A stretch of 64,000 bases of DNA from Octopus vulgaris (taxonomy: Eukaryota). Each line of letters begins with the position of its first letter. Position 1 is the stretch's first letter. A program made the position numbers and the translations under genes. The notes under the pieces are model-generated. The model was given only the letters and a program-made list of their open reading frames with translations, was not told the DNA's origin and searched no databases. The stretch covers positions 26,970,001-27,034,000 of the forward strand of contig OX597833.1 in the NCBI GenBank assembly GCA_951406725.2, in the 5' to 3' direction. Shown piece by piece: positions 13,581-27,626 of the stretch.

Positions 13581-15665
13581 CTATAAAACCTCCTTGTACA
13601 CAATGTTTTTTGTTTTTCGTTGTGGAACGAATGCGAAAGCATCACTGTTACTGCCGACACGCGAGCAGGCAACATAAAGCTGACCATGAGAGAAATATGG
13701 CTCACCCAAATGTATTCTCGCCACAGACAGTGTTTGACCCTGCACTTTGTTAATTGACATTGCGAAACATGGCCTTACTGGGAACTGGGACCTCCGAAAT
13801 ATGAAAGGTAGGTCTGCTCTTGATGGGAAAAGATGCATCCTAGGTATGAGCACAACGTTGCCTCGACCGCACCCTCTGATAATGGTGGCCTCAATCAGAT
13901 TGGGAGATAAGGACTTAACGATCAAACGTGTGCCATTGCATTGTTTTGGGGGAACCAAATTTCTAATGAGCATTCTGGGGGCACCAACTTTAAGTTTGAG
14001 AATGTATGGTGGTAGTCCGGGGGAGGGGGGCTCAAAGGAATTGAGTACCTCTATTGGATAGTTGATGACGTCCTCTGGGTCAGGAGTTGTATCGATAGAC
14101 TTATATACATAGACATTCCCAGGAATGAGTTTTAGCATTTCATCATTAATATGGTGAACAGTTTTATTCCTCGGGGCCAGAATAGCCCTTTGGCCAATCC
14201 AATCCATATTCTGATAATTAGCTTGTAGATCTGGGTACACTGCATCTCTGAGATCAGAAGGCGTTTTAACAATGGTACAAATGGAATCGATGGCAATATT
14301 ACCATTTTCATCCCCGGGTATTTTGCCTTCGCCAAGTGCAAGGAGGGTGTGAGAAAATGCTGCTGATGTGATATCACGTCGCATATGAGCACGCATATTA
14401 GTGTGAAGTTTGAGAGTCTTCACCAGTGGCCACAATGTGGATGACTTAAGACACGTACTTACTGCATCAGCTCTAGTCCCTTTGGGAATAACGGGAAGTG
14501 TTTGTCGGAAGTCCCCTGAAAGAAGAAGTGTTATGCCTCCCATGGGAGCTGAAGAGTGTTTGATGTCTCTGAGAGATCTATCTAGTGCCTCAAGAGCACC
14601 TCTGTGGGCCATCGTGCATTCCCAACGATAAGCTTGCATCGTCTGAAGACTTCTGCCTGATCGGAGCTGTTACTGATGTTGCAAGTTGGTGTCTCAGTCT
14701 TCGCTAAGTCAAGCGGGAGCTTGAAAGTGGAGTGAGCTGTCCTGCCGCCTGGCAACAAAGTAGCCGCAATTCCAGATGATGCCACAGCTAGGGCAATGCC
14801 TTGAGTTCGCTTAATCTCAGCCAATATTAATTTGTTGACAAAAGTTTTCCCAGTGCCCCCAGGAGCGTCCAGGAAAAAAAATCCCCCCAGCTTTGGCCCG
14901 GACTGAATTAACAACGGAGTTGTAAGCGAACTTTTGTTCTGGAAGGAGCTTTGGCTCATTGTCGGCTATGTACTCGGCAAGCTCGTCAACATTAAAACAT
15001 ATCTCACGCAGCAAATGTGAAGACAGAGTGTTTGTGCCTTCCCGGTTTGTTGAAGGTAGGCCATAGACTGGCAAGGCACTACCGCCCATATCAAATACAG
15101 TATCTTCGATTTCAAGCAGCGCCCTGTTGTAAATGAGGTCAGTGTACCCGACCTCCATTGATGGATGTAGCGATTGAGCGTGACGCAGGAAATTTTCAGA
15201 CATATAATCTTTGTAGGTAAGCCATAAAGAGGCGGGATCAGCCAAGTCACACCATAGTAGTAGAATAGCGAAAAGCGATCTGATTTTTTTAGGAGATTTT
15301 AACGAAACACCCTCCGCCATAGTGGCGCCCCATTGTGAATCATCCTCCAAAAGTCGACACCGAAAACAGGCTTCGCTGAAAGTATCACATAATACACCAT
15401 CAACAGTTCTGATGTCTTGAAAACTTTGTGGGCCTAAAACTTCATGGGGAGAAGGCGCAGGTGAAAACACTCATGTTGGTTTGGAGGTACAGTGTAGACT
15501 CTTCCTAGACAACTGTTAAACTTGACACCAGGATGATCTTCAACATCCTGACCCGACTTCCTACGCACCCAATTGTTGTTTGACCACACGTAGTAGGACG
15601 GGACCTGAGGGTATAAAAGTGTTTTATCAAATGTGTCAAGTTGGCAAAGCCTAAAGAAACCGGTC
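13581..15665 (-). pseudogene. Helitron RepHel Pif1-like DNA helicase, frameshifted; Rep/HUH domain absent
   Basis: Four overlapping ORFs: GRVYTVPP..ECFHLRLL, DAPGGTGKT (Walker A), ASSGIAATLLPGGRTAHS, SGDFRQTLPV, CNGTRL, FAMSINKVQGQTL, FSHGQLYVACSRV, TKNIVYKEVL. Confidence 0.92.
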
Positions 15666-15722
15666 AAACCCAGGACCATGTGTTTGGAACGTAGTTTGTT
15701 ACCACACAGCCACACCTGCCCC
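15665..15722 (-). mobile_element. SINE family A head fragment at the helicase truncation point
   Basis: ACCATGTG...TTACCACACAGCCACACCTGCCCC matches the family A head. Confidence 0.7.
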
Positions 15723-17014
15723 TATATATGTGTGTGTGTGTGCGTATGTGTATATGGGTAGATATATTATGCATGTATATATCTGTATATAGATATATGC
15801 GTACATTTACATGTACATCTATATATATATATACATCTACACATAAAATACAAAATACAAAGTTATTTCTTGATATCGCTAGTGATAACAATACTCAAAA
15901 TATATAACAGACTGGAATTGTAGGGCCGTCTCTTGCAATTTCGATCAATTGGATCTTGTCCTCCCTCTTGTATAGAAGTGTACGGCTGCAGCGAAATTCA
16001 TTTTTGGACTTTCTTCTATGGAAGGCATTTTAACAAAAATGCTTCCGTAAAGACGGTGAAAATATTGTCAATTTCCCCAAACAGGGACACAATTCAACTT
16101 TTAAACAATAACCAAAGCCCCTTCTCCGAAAGGGGGAGGGTTACGGTTTACAATTATTTAAGAAATGCAACACAACAATGTATCCCTAACGAGGAACCAA
16201 CAAACGTGATTACAATAGTGAAACAGTTAATAATAATAACAACAAACCTTTTTAATTTATCCCCATTTATGTGAAACCACTTATTCAAGTTCAAGTCATT
16301 GATGCAATTTTATACAAATTGCTAATACACACACATAATAAGGGTGAAAAATTGAATATTAATTTGATTAATATGAATTGAAAACCAGTGGTGTAGCATA
16401 TAAGACCATGGCCGATCTTCCTCTAGCAAAAAAGATGACCACTATTAATGGCTCATCCCTGTTATATAATACTTTCACTTTAATAGTTTCACACTTGCAA
16501 AGAGAAAGTGTGGTGGTAATAGAAGGAGTAAACCACTTGAAATGAGAGAGGCAAATCGTAAAATATCGAGTTTTCTCGAATTTTTGCTTAATTGGGGGTC
16601 AAATTGAAAAAATTTTACATGCTATGATCCAATCGAATCTACTTGGAAAAATCATAGGTAAATTCCAATTGAAGAAATTCTATATTGTAGAATTGTATTA
16701 AAAAGAAACATGGGAACAGACAGAGAAAATCTGCCTTTTATCATATATATATATATATATATATATAATTATCAATAATAATATAGGGTGAAATTAATTA
16801 ATTTGGAATAATCATTAATTTCACCAAGTAGGTGACTTAATATAGAATGATTGTTGTCATTTCTTTCTCTTTTGCCTGCGTTGTTTGCCTTTTAAGTGCT
16901 GTGGTTTTACTGGGATCTCCCTTTTAAGTAGAAAGAATAGCCATAACTCTTTGACTGCTATTTCTAAATTCGGTGTGTGGTGAGGCAAATCGTTGCTAAA
17001 CCCTTAATTACTTA

Positions 17015-17073
<59 letters not shown>

Positions 17074-17288
17074 TATATATATATAGGCAAACCACGTGCA
17101 ACAACAACAAAAAATTAGACGGCAATAGAGTATTGTATTAAATGAAGGATACAGGTACGGAACACTGAACTCACTTGCATTCAGAGTACTGAATATAATT
17201 GTTCCATTCCTGAGTCATTTTATATATTTATATATACACATACATAAACATTTGTGCGTGCGTGTGTGCGTGTGTGTGTGTATGTGTG

Positions 17289-17357
<69 letters not shown>

Positions 17358-17557
17358 GTGTGTGTATGCGTGTTTGTGCGTGTGTATAATGTTCAAATAT
17401 ACTGTAAACATATTCAATATATCTTTTGCGTAGTGAGTGCATAGGTACATTTTTCATACGAAACGTTGACAGTCTAGACAGTTTACCTGAGCTTAACTTT
17501 ACTCGACTACGAAGTAAGAAAATCTGTTTGTTTGAAGTGTTTTAGTGTTTAGAAGAT

Positions 17558-17790
17558 TTAGAACTTGCATTAAGAAACTAATTCAGAGTTTCGATTCGAA
17601 ATATGGTTCTTGAATGTAAAAAAGTGATAGGGGTCATTGGTACAAATTTGGCAGGGTTTGTTGTTACTTTCGAAGGGTTGTGCGAGCGGCGATATTTTCC
17701 AATTGATGGGAAATGGAGTAATCCTTTGTTATAATCTCACTATATGTTTGGATAGTGAGGTATCATTTTACTCTTTGGGTAGCCAAAAGT
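17558..17790 (-). pseudogene. Naiad-type PLE GIY-YIG endonuclease C-terminal relic
   Basis: Manual translation NDTSLSKHIVRL*...INWKI...AQPFESNNKPCQICTN...NRNSELVS*CK parallels STGLSKLVW..EWSIL..CALC..CPH of ORF 49923-50879. Confidence 0.7.
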
Positions 17791-18014
17791 ATCGAAATAA
17801 TAAAACATTTTAAACCAATAGTCTTCTATAACGGCTAAACATGAAAATACCAAAACCTTTTTCTCCATCCTCCATCCTCGCCATACATGCTGCAGTAGAA
17901 ACATTTTGTTCATTGTTACATATGCTGTAGAAGACTTTTTAATAAAAAGTTTTGGGTGTGAATAAATCTACACTCTCTTCTTTCAATTCTCTCTCTCTCT
18001 CTCTCTCTCTCTCG

Positions 18015-18058
<44 letters not shown>

Positions 18059-18711
18059 ACATATGTTATGGCTTAACAGACCTTACCGTTTGTTTTCACT
18101 GTCCTCTTTTCGTTACCAACTTTGACCCTCCGCAAATCCCAAATTATACTTACTTTGCTTTACGGGAGCAACTGTTTTGATGAAGACGCATCCTGTCCTA
18201 TCGCTCGAAATGCGGAGTAGATAAAACAGTGGACATTTGATGAATTGATTGTTCTGTATGTTGCCTGTCTTTATGTTGCCTATTTATTATGTTGTTCGAA
18301 AAAATTTCGTTTCCTGTGTTTTTGTATTTCGTGTTCTCGTTTCTCATGTTGTTTACGTTTTTTGACGTCCTGTACCCATGTATGCATGTGTATATACATA
18401 TATATGTATGTACATGTATGCATGTGTATACACATATATATGTATGTACATGTATGCATGTATATATGCATATACTTATATGATTTATATATATATACAT
18501 ATATATACATATATATACCTATTTATATACATTATATCATTCTTGTAATTTACTTAATCTTTACTTTTTAATTGTTATTTTGATTTTAACTTTTCTATTA
18601 TATGTAATTTTCTAGATGGTGTAATTTAATTTTCATTTTAATTATTTAATTATTCATTTCCGCTCGAAACGTTAAACCCTCCTTCTTCCCTTCTTTCCTG
18701 AGCGTTTGGAT

Positions 18712-18776
<65 letters not shown>

Positions 18777-18854
18777 GTAAAGAGTGAAAAAACGACAGAA
18801 GGCTTAAATGTTAAAAAATATATATATTTGCGTCAATATGTCTGAAGAATGTTA

Positions 18855-19711
18855 GAAAATTTTTTAAACAATTTTTTTTTTCCTTTATAATGACCTAATT
18901 TTTTAAAGAAAGACCGGTTTCGCATTTAGCTTTTCAAATTTCTTGTGACGTTATGTTTATGTTTAATAGAGTTATCCTTGTGTTTAAGCTCCGGAGAGTT
19001 CTAAATAAGGGAAGGTAGTGGGTGATTTCTTCCGGTGTAAGGGAGATAATCGCTTAAAAAATTTTTTCCTTTCCCTTAATGTGAATTTCTCTGTATCAGT
19101 ATGTTCGGATGGTTGAGTCTGGGCTTGTACTTTTCAATGAAGAATGTTTCCTTGTTTAGTCTAATTTGTGTTTGTTTTAGTGTGTCTTGCCACAAACGCC
19201 AAACAATACCTTCTCTTTAATTCATGCCACCCAAGACACACTAAAACAAACATCCCCTTCAACCTTGCAAGAAGAATATGCACAATAGTGTCAGAACAAA
19301 ATACCAGGAACTTTAGACTGCAAGAACTCAAAAACACCCTAATTGACAGACATTACCCAGCTCAACTCATAGAGGATGGCATCAGACGTGCAACAGAAAT
19401 CAACATAGAAACTTTAAGAAAAGTTCAACACAACAACACACCTTCCCCGAAAATACTACCTTACATATCTACATAAACCCCAGAAACAAAGAAGCCTTCA
19501 CCATCATCACCCAGAATTTACCAATACTTCATAAAAACCCCAAATTAAAGGAAATTCTAAACATACACCAAATCATTAGCTTAAATACAAGGATAACTCT
19601 ATTAAACATAAACATAACGTCACAAGAAATTTGAAAAGCTAAATGCGAAACCGGTCTTTCTTTAAAAATTAGGTCATTATAAAGGAAAAAAAAGTTGTTT
19701 AAAAAATTTTC
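18855..19711 (+). mobile_element. Truncated PLE fragment between ~135-bp inverted pLTR arms (18855-18990 / 19578-19711)
   Basis: ORF 19168-19476 KQYLLFNSCHPRHTKTNIPFNLARRICTIVS...LPYIST is a PLE RT thumb/linker; arms are reverse complements. Confidence 0.8.
19624..19662 (+). ncRNA. Minimal type I hammerhead ribozyme, mutated core (mirror copy 18906-18944, minus)
   Basis: AAGAAA t TTGAAAA GC taaat GC GAAA CCGG TC TTTCTT: stems I-III pair; core has two changes from CTGANGA. Confidence 0.65.
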
Positions 19712-19735
19712 ACCCACATGCTGTCACAAACCAAC

Positions 19736-20132
19736 TTACTTGTTTCAGTCATTTGACTGCGGCCATGCTGGAGCACCGCCTTTAGTCGAGTAAATCGACC
19801 CCGGGACTTATTCTTTGTAAGCCCAGTACTTATTCTATCGGTCTCTTTTACCGAACAGCTAAGTGACGGGGACGTAAATACACCAGCATCGGTTGTCAAG
19901 CAATGCTAGGGGGACAAACACAGACACACAAACATACACGCACATATATACATATATATATATACATATATACGACGGGCTTCTTTCAGTTTCCGTCTAC
20001 CAAATCCACTCACAAGGCATTGGTCGGCCCGGAGCTATAGCAGAGGACACCTGCCCATGATGCCACGCAGTGGGACTGAACCCGGAACCATGTGGTTGGT
20101 TAGCAAGCTACTTATCACACAGCCACTCCTAC
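19736..20132 (-). mobile_element. SINE family A, near full length
   Basis: High similarity to 41396-41796; tRNA-like head at the right end. Confidence 0.9.
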
Positions 20133-20146
20133 ATATAAATAAATAA

Positions 20147-20202
<56 letters not shown>

Positions 20203-20205
20203 ACG

Positions 20206-20274
<69 letters not shown>

Positions 20275-21513
20275 GGTATAGTTCTGTCAAACTCACTTTT
20301 GTTTCTAACCTAATATGATATTTAACAGGACTCATATATTTTATTGCAACATGTTAAAGTACCAAGTAAACCAAATTATAAATGATATGAAACGTATATT
20401 TCTCTAACCACCCTATTACATTACTGCAAACGCAATATGACAAGCTTGGTCGTCGGCATTCGTTGAAAAACTTAATATCATAAAAGAACTATACAGCGAA
20501 GTTCCCGATATTGCATGATGTGTGGATTGGCCCATCATTTGAAAGAAAAAGCAGACATTTCCGTGACACCAGCTTTTTCTATTTCGCTGCGGTATACAAC
20601 GGATTTACCCAAACTATACTAAATTTTGTAAAAAAGACAAAAATCAATAAATCCATGCGCCCGAAACTTGGTCGTTGTTAATGTTGTAACTGTGATTGTG
20701 TAATCTAGATTGGCAACTGGCGTACAAACAATGGCCATCTGTTTTGTTTTCAGAAAATCTCGCTAGTGTATCTTTAAATTATATAATATAATGTGGTCTG
20801 ATCTAGTCAAGAAATATTAAGATGGTATCTCAGAGAAATTTCTCGTGCCAAACCCAATGAGTTTTCAAGCAGAGGATCCTAAGTTGGGTCTTACAGCAGC
20901 TGTTCTTGATGTTACAGTTGTTGTTGTTCTGGTCAGTTTTTGTTTAGTCACTCGAAAATTTTCTGTGACTAGATTACATTAAAACTTGTGATTTTAAAGA
21001 AACTTGTCTATTATTTCCAGCAACTTGACAGACCGTGTAGAGGCTGTCTGGTAGCTGATGAGATGCCAAAAGATGAAAGCAACGTGTGCTGCGATTTTAA
21101 AATTAAAACCACCTCAAAAAAACAAAAAAAAAAAAGGAAGAAAATATCAGCGTGGTAAAATTTCAAAGAGTAAATCACCATCAATTAGAGACAGGCTACA
21201 TAAAACTGGAGCAAAGAAATATGCTTTTTTATTTCCGAAGAACACAAATATTATAAAGCTTAATGTTATATTTCTGAGAACGATGATGTTGATGATTATG
21301 ATGATGATGATGACGACAACGACGACGACACAGATATTATTGAGAAAGGTAAGAATAATAATATCCGAAAGAGAAGTAAATTTAAAGCAACGCGCCAACA
21401 AAAGCATATTTAATGAGCATGTGTTTATGCGTGTTTTATGTATGCGTGCTTTGAAATACATACAGAGACACATATATATGGATGCATGCTTGCACATACA
21501 TTCACACATGTAA

Positions 21514-21545
<32 letters not shown>

Positions 21546-22553
21546 GGATGATAAATTCTTTGTGAGTGCAATAGTTGGTAAGCGGTGTTTCATAACAGAA
21601 TTTTGCAGGGCATAGCTACAGCGTTGTAAGGCATAAAGGTTTAATATTTATATCAATAATTTCTTGCACACAGATTCAGAGAATATTTCACAGACACACA
21701 CACACATATTGATATATATATATATATATGCACACACACACACACAATATTCTATGCAAATCCTCATACATAAACATAAACGTACATTTGCATATATGTG
21801 TCAGCGGATGTATGCTTGTGGGTATGTTTGCACATGTGCATATGCTTATGAACATATCTAGGTGGTATTTGTGTGAAAGTATGCATGTGCGTAAACAAGT
21901 GTATATGCGTATAAATATGAAGAAATAATTTATAATAAACTACACGTTGTTCCTTTATACATATACGCAAATCTCATAATGACGCCATTTTAATTCTGTT
22001 CCCAACAGAGCACGGGAAAGTGGTAGCTGGAAAGTGGGCGTGGTTTTTTAGGCCACCGTTGAGAGGCAGAAGTGTTGATGGGGCATGTTGTAATTTCAGT
22101 GGTGTTGGTGGTGGTGGTGAGGGTTCTGATGGTGGTTGTGCTGCAGGCGGTGGTATTTGTGGTGGTGTTATTGCTTACACTGGTTTATGTCAAACTGCGG
22201 CTGGAAGTGAGGAGATGTTGGAATGTGTTAATGAATGAGGCAGACCAGATGCAACAAAGCAGGTGTAGGGAAACAACGTCCTTGTTGCGTGGGTTGTTGA
22301 TGATTTAGCCCCAGGTCGGCTTTGAATGAGCGTAACTTCAATCGAGGATATTCTGTCTGCACCATTTCGTCTATATTTCAGACAATGTACAGGGTCCACA
22401 AAAAGCCAAGCACCATAACATTCGACATTTTATTTTGATCATGCTGTTAACCTTTAGGGGGTCGATGAAATAAGGACCAGTTGAGCACTAGAGGGTCACT
22501 AGAATCGACTTAGCATCTCCCCCGAAACAGCTGGCCATGTGCCAATTTGAATC

Positions 22554-22590
<37 letters not shown>

Positions 22591-22593
22591 TGA

Positions 22594-22745
22594 TACGTTC
22601 TGAGTTCAAATTCCGCCGAAGACGACTTTGCCTTTCATCCTTTCGGGGTCAATAAAATAAGTACCAATGAAACACTGGGGTCGATGAAATCGACTAATCA
22701 CATCTTAGCAAAATTTCAGGCCTTGAGCCTTAAGTAGAAAGGATT
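22594..22745 (+). mobile_element. SINE family C (5'-truncated)
   Basis: GAGTTCAAATTCCGCCG...GACTTTGCCTTTCATCCTTTCGGGGTC...AAGTACC, shared with other copies. Confidence 0.8.
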
Positions 22746-23673
22746 ATAACTATTATTGTTATTATCATCATCATCATCATCATCATCTATACTTTTTATG
22801 TCAGGTTTTGTTGTAACCTCTGGAGTCTTGCATGCGTAGCGAGCTTGCTACATGCAGCCAACTGTGCCACACTATCTATTCTTTTCAATTATCTAATACT
22901 TTCTTGGCTATTCTAGCGATGCCATTATAATTTTACTTATTTATTTATTTGTTTATTTGTTTATTTATTTTGTTCGTAATATACAATGTACATATGAATT
23001 CATCATTATTTTATTTATTTTATTCAATTTTAGAAAAAGTGATGCATGTATTTGACAATTCCGGAGCATATTGAACTTAATCTGACCGTGGCTTTTGGCC
23101 CACCCTCTGCTTAAAATTGGTTTATCTAAAATTGCCTTCATATTCAGGAAAATTTGGTTCCTGCACCTTGATCGAATACATATACATCTGTCTCTTGAGG
23201 GATGAGGGAAAACCTTGAGATGAGGTGTTACGGTAATTCAATTCGGAATTTTTTTGTGAAGGCATATAACCATGACGTTCCACTTCAACAGATTATCATA
23301 AACAAAGGGCTGGGAAATCTACATCTCGCATTCTGTGTCGACACGAATTTGTAAGAGAATAAGTAAAGAAACAGGAAAATAATATTTTATCGGTGACGTG
23401 GCATCCAGAAAAAAGATTTCTATAGGAGCATACACACACGCGCGCATACACACACGCACACACATACACAAACACACACATGCACATATACACACAAATA
23501 CAAACATACGCGCGCACGCACAGACACACACATATATATACAATTGTACACGTGCATCCTTTTGTGTATATATAAAAATATATATGTATATAAACAGACA
23601 TAGGTAAGTATATACATACATTTAATGTAAACACACACACTCACACATATATATGCATTTAAATATGTATATA

Positions 23674-23674
<1 letters not shown>

Positions 23675-23755
<81 letters not shown>
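23675..23755. repeat. (GT)n microsatellite
   Basis: Direct reading. Confidence 0.95.
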
Positions 23756-23760
<5 letters not shown>

Positions 23761-26388
23761 TGAGTTTGGTGGGGATATATTATCCGGGCGGATACCGTAA
23801 TAACTTTCAGTTAAATAATATAAGTGTGTCCTTCAGTAAAAAAGAGTTGGCAGAAAAACTGAAGAGAGGCTGCAGAGTTGTATATCCTATAATTTAAATA
23901 ATTAAAAAAAACTAAAACTTTTTAAAAACTGGCTGCAACTGATATGGAACACAAGACCACAGGAGCATCTTAAGTGAATATGAAGTAGTAAGAGAGAAAA
24001 ACTGGGAGAGAGAAGTAGAAGGGGAGAAGTATGGAATGAGAATCTGGTGAAGGTGAGAGTCAGGTGAAAGGAAAAGAAGAGGTGAGAGGGGAGTTAATGC
24101 ATAGGAAAGGGATTAATGAACTGAGAGAAGATTGAGGAAATGAAGGGAAAACTTACATTTAAAGCAGTTGGTGACATGGTTCCTGTTTAAATACGAAACA
24201 TCGTTCACTCGGCTGCTTCAAATATGTGGATCCATGATGTGTGGAAATGCAGCAGACTAATAGATGAATGATAAGATTACCTGTTGTGCAAAAATGGATG
24301 GAGACACGTTGGCCTAGCATAAATTGTCGGGCGGTTTTCTTCTTCTTGTCTTGAGACAGCATTCACCCAGGGTGGGTTGAGCTGGCTTCGTTCATCCTCA
24401 ATGCTGCATCTCTCACAAACGCCGACCAGGCCTGGTGATTTGAGGCTAACGACCCCCTAAAGTCCAGCCCCTCCTCATCGTTGTAAGGGGGTGAAACGGG
24501 AGTGTCAGAGCTATGCCGTCGGATTGTTCTGACACCCAGCGGTATCAGGGCCGCACCCGGCTAACGGGGCTCTGGGGAACAGAAGCATCTGATCTGGCAA
24601 CCGGCGGCTTCAACCTGTCCTGTCCCTGCGTCTGTGGAAAATCTACGGCAAACAAGACGTTCTCCCAACAGGGATATACTTGCGGCTGAGGACCGCTAGC
24701 GAACTTCCTATTCCCAAGATCCTTCAAGCATTCCTCGGCTGGTTTTCCCCATGTAAAGAACGCCAACAAATAAATATGGATATCACACAAAATAAAAGAC
24801 AGGCGATATGTAGCAGATGTTCTGGAGAGTATAATATTGTTACTAAAGCCTAGTGGTGGTTGAAGTGAAGTTAATGTAGAAAGTAGAGCGCTGTTGCATC
24901 GTCGAGGAATGCATTTAGAAGTGTCAGCTTGTGTTGGACGCTATGGAGATGCTTACTAGATTACCGGGCTTTCTATCTTTTTTGAAGGTGGGAAAACGGG
25001 GAGCAAGAAAATTGGAACAGCTGTAAGGTCAGGAGGCAGACTTCAGAAGCCGCGAATGACGTTATCGTTCACGCATAGGATGGATGGGAAAAAGGTGAGA
25101 GAGAAAGAGGTGGAGGTAGGGACGGAGGGAGAGAGGGAGAATGGGAGACACGGAGAGAGAGGGGGGGAATACTCTGTCCGAAATGTTGAATTTTCCTCTC
25201 CTCACAGCTATATCACAACACACTTCGTTGATTTTTGGTACAAATACACACACACATATGTAAATATTAAAATATATTTCTTAAAGTATTACCTATTTGA
25301 AACTTATTTAGAGAACAGAACGGCACAAACATTTGAAGAAGATGTTATCGTATAATGTGTAGCTTCTGTGTAGGTGCTTTTGTTGTTCAGATTTTCAATC
25401 GCGCGTGTTCTGGATTAATGCGTAGACAGAAAGTTGTTTGGTCATCTTTTTCGAGTGATGCTAAATGTTTTACTTTTTCATTTTTTAATCTCGCTCTCTC
25501 TATATATACATACAGATACACACACAAAAACACACGCGCGCGCACACACACACACATACACACAAGATTACAGAAATAAGTCAGTGGCTAGCGGGACGTA
25601 TTGGAGCAACAGAGACGAATAAAGCTATATTAAAACAAAGCAAAACACAAATATTTATATCTGCGTGTGTGTGTGTATGAGAGTGTTTGTGTGTATGTGT
25701 GTGCGCGCGCACGATGTGTGTGTGATTGACTGTGTTGTCGATATTTGATAAATGAGTGTTCCAATTATTCGATCAGCTTTTCCTCTAAGTATTTCGACGA
25801 TGATTTGACGAAGGAATCAATAATTGCTCTGGTATTTATAATGAAGCTAAGTTATTACGTTAAGCCATTAAGTTAATGGACTAAAGACGTTATTCGTTTG
25901 TCGTCTGCCGTGTTCAAATGTCATAAGAGTTCGTATGCATAAACTACCAAGCTTATAAAGAAACATGTATATCGAAACAGGTGTATGCATGTGTACATGC
26001 ATTCATATATATCTGTGTGTGGGCGTATGTGTGATGTGTGTGTGTGTTCTATATGTATGTATGCATGCATGTGTAAATGCTCTTGCATGTTTAGACAAAA
26101 TCGATATGTATACATATTCATATCCAATTATTTAATGTTCCTTGATAGTCAAAAGTAATAGCTCATGTAGCAATAATAAATGGGCTATATATATATATAT
26201 ATATATACAAGCACACACATACACCCACCCACACACATATCCATATGTTTATTAAATATATATTTTGGCTAACTAGTAGGCCCTCGTAGCACTTTCGAAG
26301 ACATTTAAAGATAGGTATATACATGCACACACACACACATATACAAATGTATACATGTGTGTGTACGTGTGTGTTTGTATGGGAATTG

Positions 26389-26480
<92 letters not shown>

Positions 26481-26615
26481 TATGGTAATACGAACTGTAC
26501 TTCGTATAAAGCCAGTCATATTTGCACTTCACTTAACTTTATAAAATGTATACTCTGTATGTAGGTACATATGTATGAATGTATCTACGTGAATACACAC
26601 ATATATATATATATA

Positions 26616-27455
26616 TTGGATCATCCCATAAATAATGCAGTTTTTTATACTTCTTTGACTTTCCAGAATTAAGATAAACAAAGTTCTTCTTTTAATCTAA
26701 AATATACTCTCCTTCGTTTTCTACAATGCTCTTCCGTCTATCTGGCAAACTTGAAAGGTTCCTCTTCCAAAATTCACTTGTCCGTGACGAAAAATTCTCC
26801 TCCATTACTGTTCTGATACCGTCTACCGAATTCATATTTTTTCCGTCTAAATGATTTTGAAGACTGCGGAATAAACCATAATCGGAAGGGGCAATGTCCG
26901 GCGAATATGGTGAGTTGAGCATCGTTTCCCATTCAAATTGCTCCATCATTTGGAATGTCATGTTCGCTATATGTGACCCACCATTATCCTGATGGAAGAA
27001 CGCCTTTCGTATTGAAACCGAAGATGGTTGTTTTCTTCTAGCGCTGACTTAAGCCGCTCAAGCTGCTCGCAGTAGATTTCCTTTATCATCGTTTGGTTTG
27101 GGTTTAAAAGTGCAAAGTAGACTAAACCTTTCGTATCCTACCAAAACGGATAACAACACCTTATGTGGGTGAAGACCTTCTTTAGCCTGGGGTGCCGGTC
27201 TTTCTCCTTTCCCAACCCACTGCCTTCCGCGCTTCGCATTTTTATAGAGAACCCATTTCTTGTCACCATTCGGTTCAAAAAAGGTTCATTCGTGAGACTT
27301 AACTGCAAAGAAGAGAACGCATTCACTCTCTACGCGCGATTAGACTCAGATTCTTTATGAGGAGCACATTAGCCCAAGTTTGCTGACATTTCCAATGGCA
27401 CGCAGGTATCGGTGAATGGTTGAATGACCAAATATAAGCTTCCCTGCTAGTCCCT
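26616..27455 (-). mobile_element. mariner (D,D34D) transposon relic with one TIR
   Basis: FLNRMVT, FFHQDNG and WETMLNSPYSPDIAPSDYGLFRSLQNHLDGK motifs across frames; TA|TTGGATCATCCCATAAATAATG TIR-like end at 26616. Confidence 0.88.
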
Positions 27456-27505
27456 CAACAGTTACGATGGTATTTTGTTCCACCAGAGTTTGCGGGATGT
27501 CCTCG

Positions 27506-27626
27506 ACTTATTTTACCGACGCTGGAGGGATGAAAGACAAAGTCGACCTCGGTGGAGTTTGAACTCGGAACGAAATACAGACGAAATGTCGCTAAACATT
27601 TTATCGATTCTACCACCTCGCCGCTT
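27506..27626 (-). mobile_element. SINE family C fragment
   Basis: GGATGAAAGACAAAGTCGACCTCGG...TTTGAACTC...CTCGCCGCTT. Confidence 0.75.

Larger units (their letters stand above)
12740..16750 (-). mobile_element. Internally deleted Helitron
   Basis: Minus-strand 3' end ...CCCCGAGCATCACCGGGC AATTCTG CTAG|T (GC hairpin then CTAG at 12740-12743); Pif1 helicase ORFs inside; 5' end near 16750 is tentative. Confidence 0.8.
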
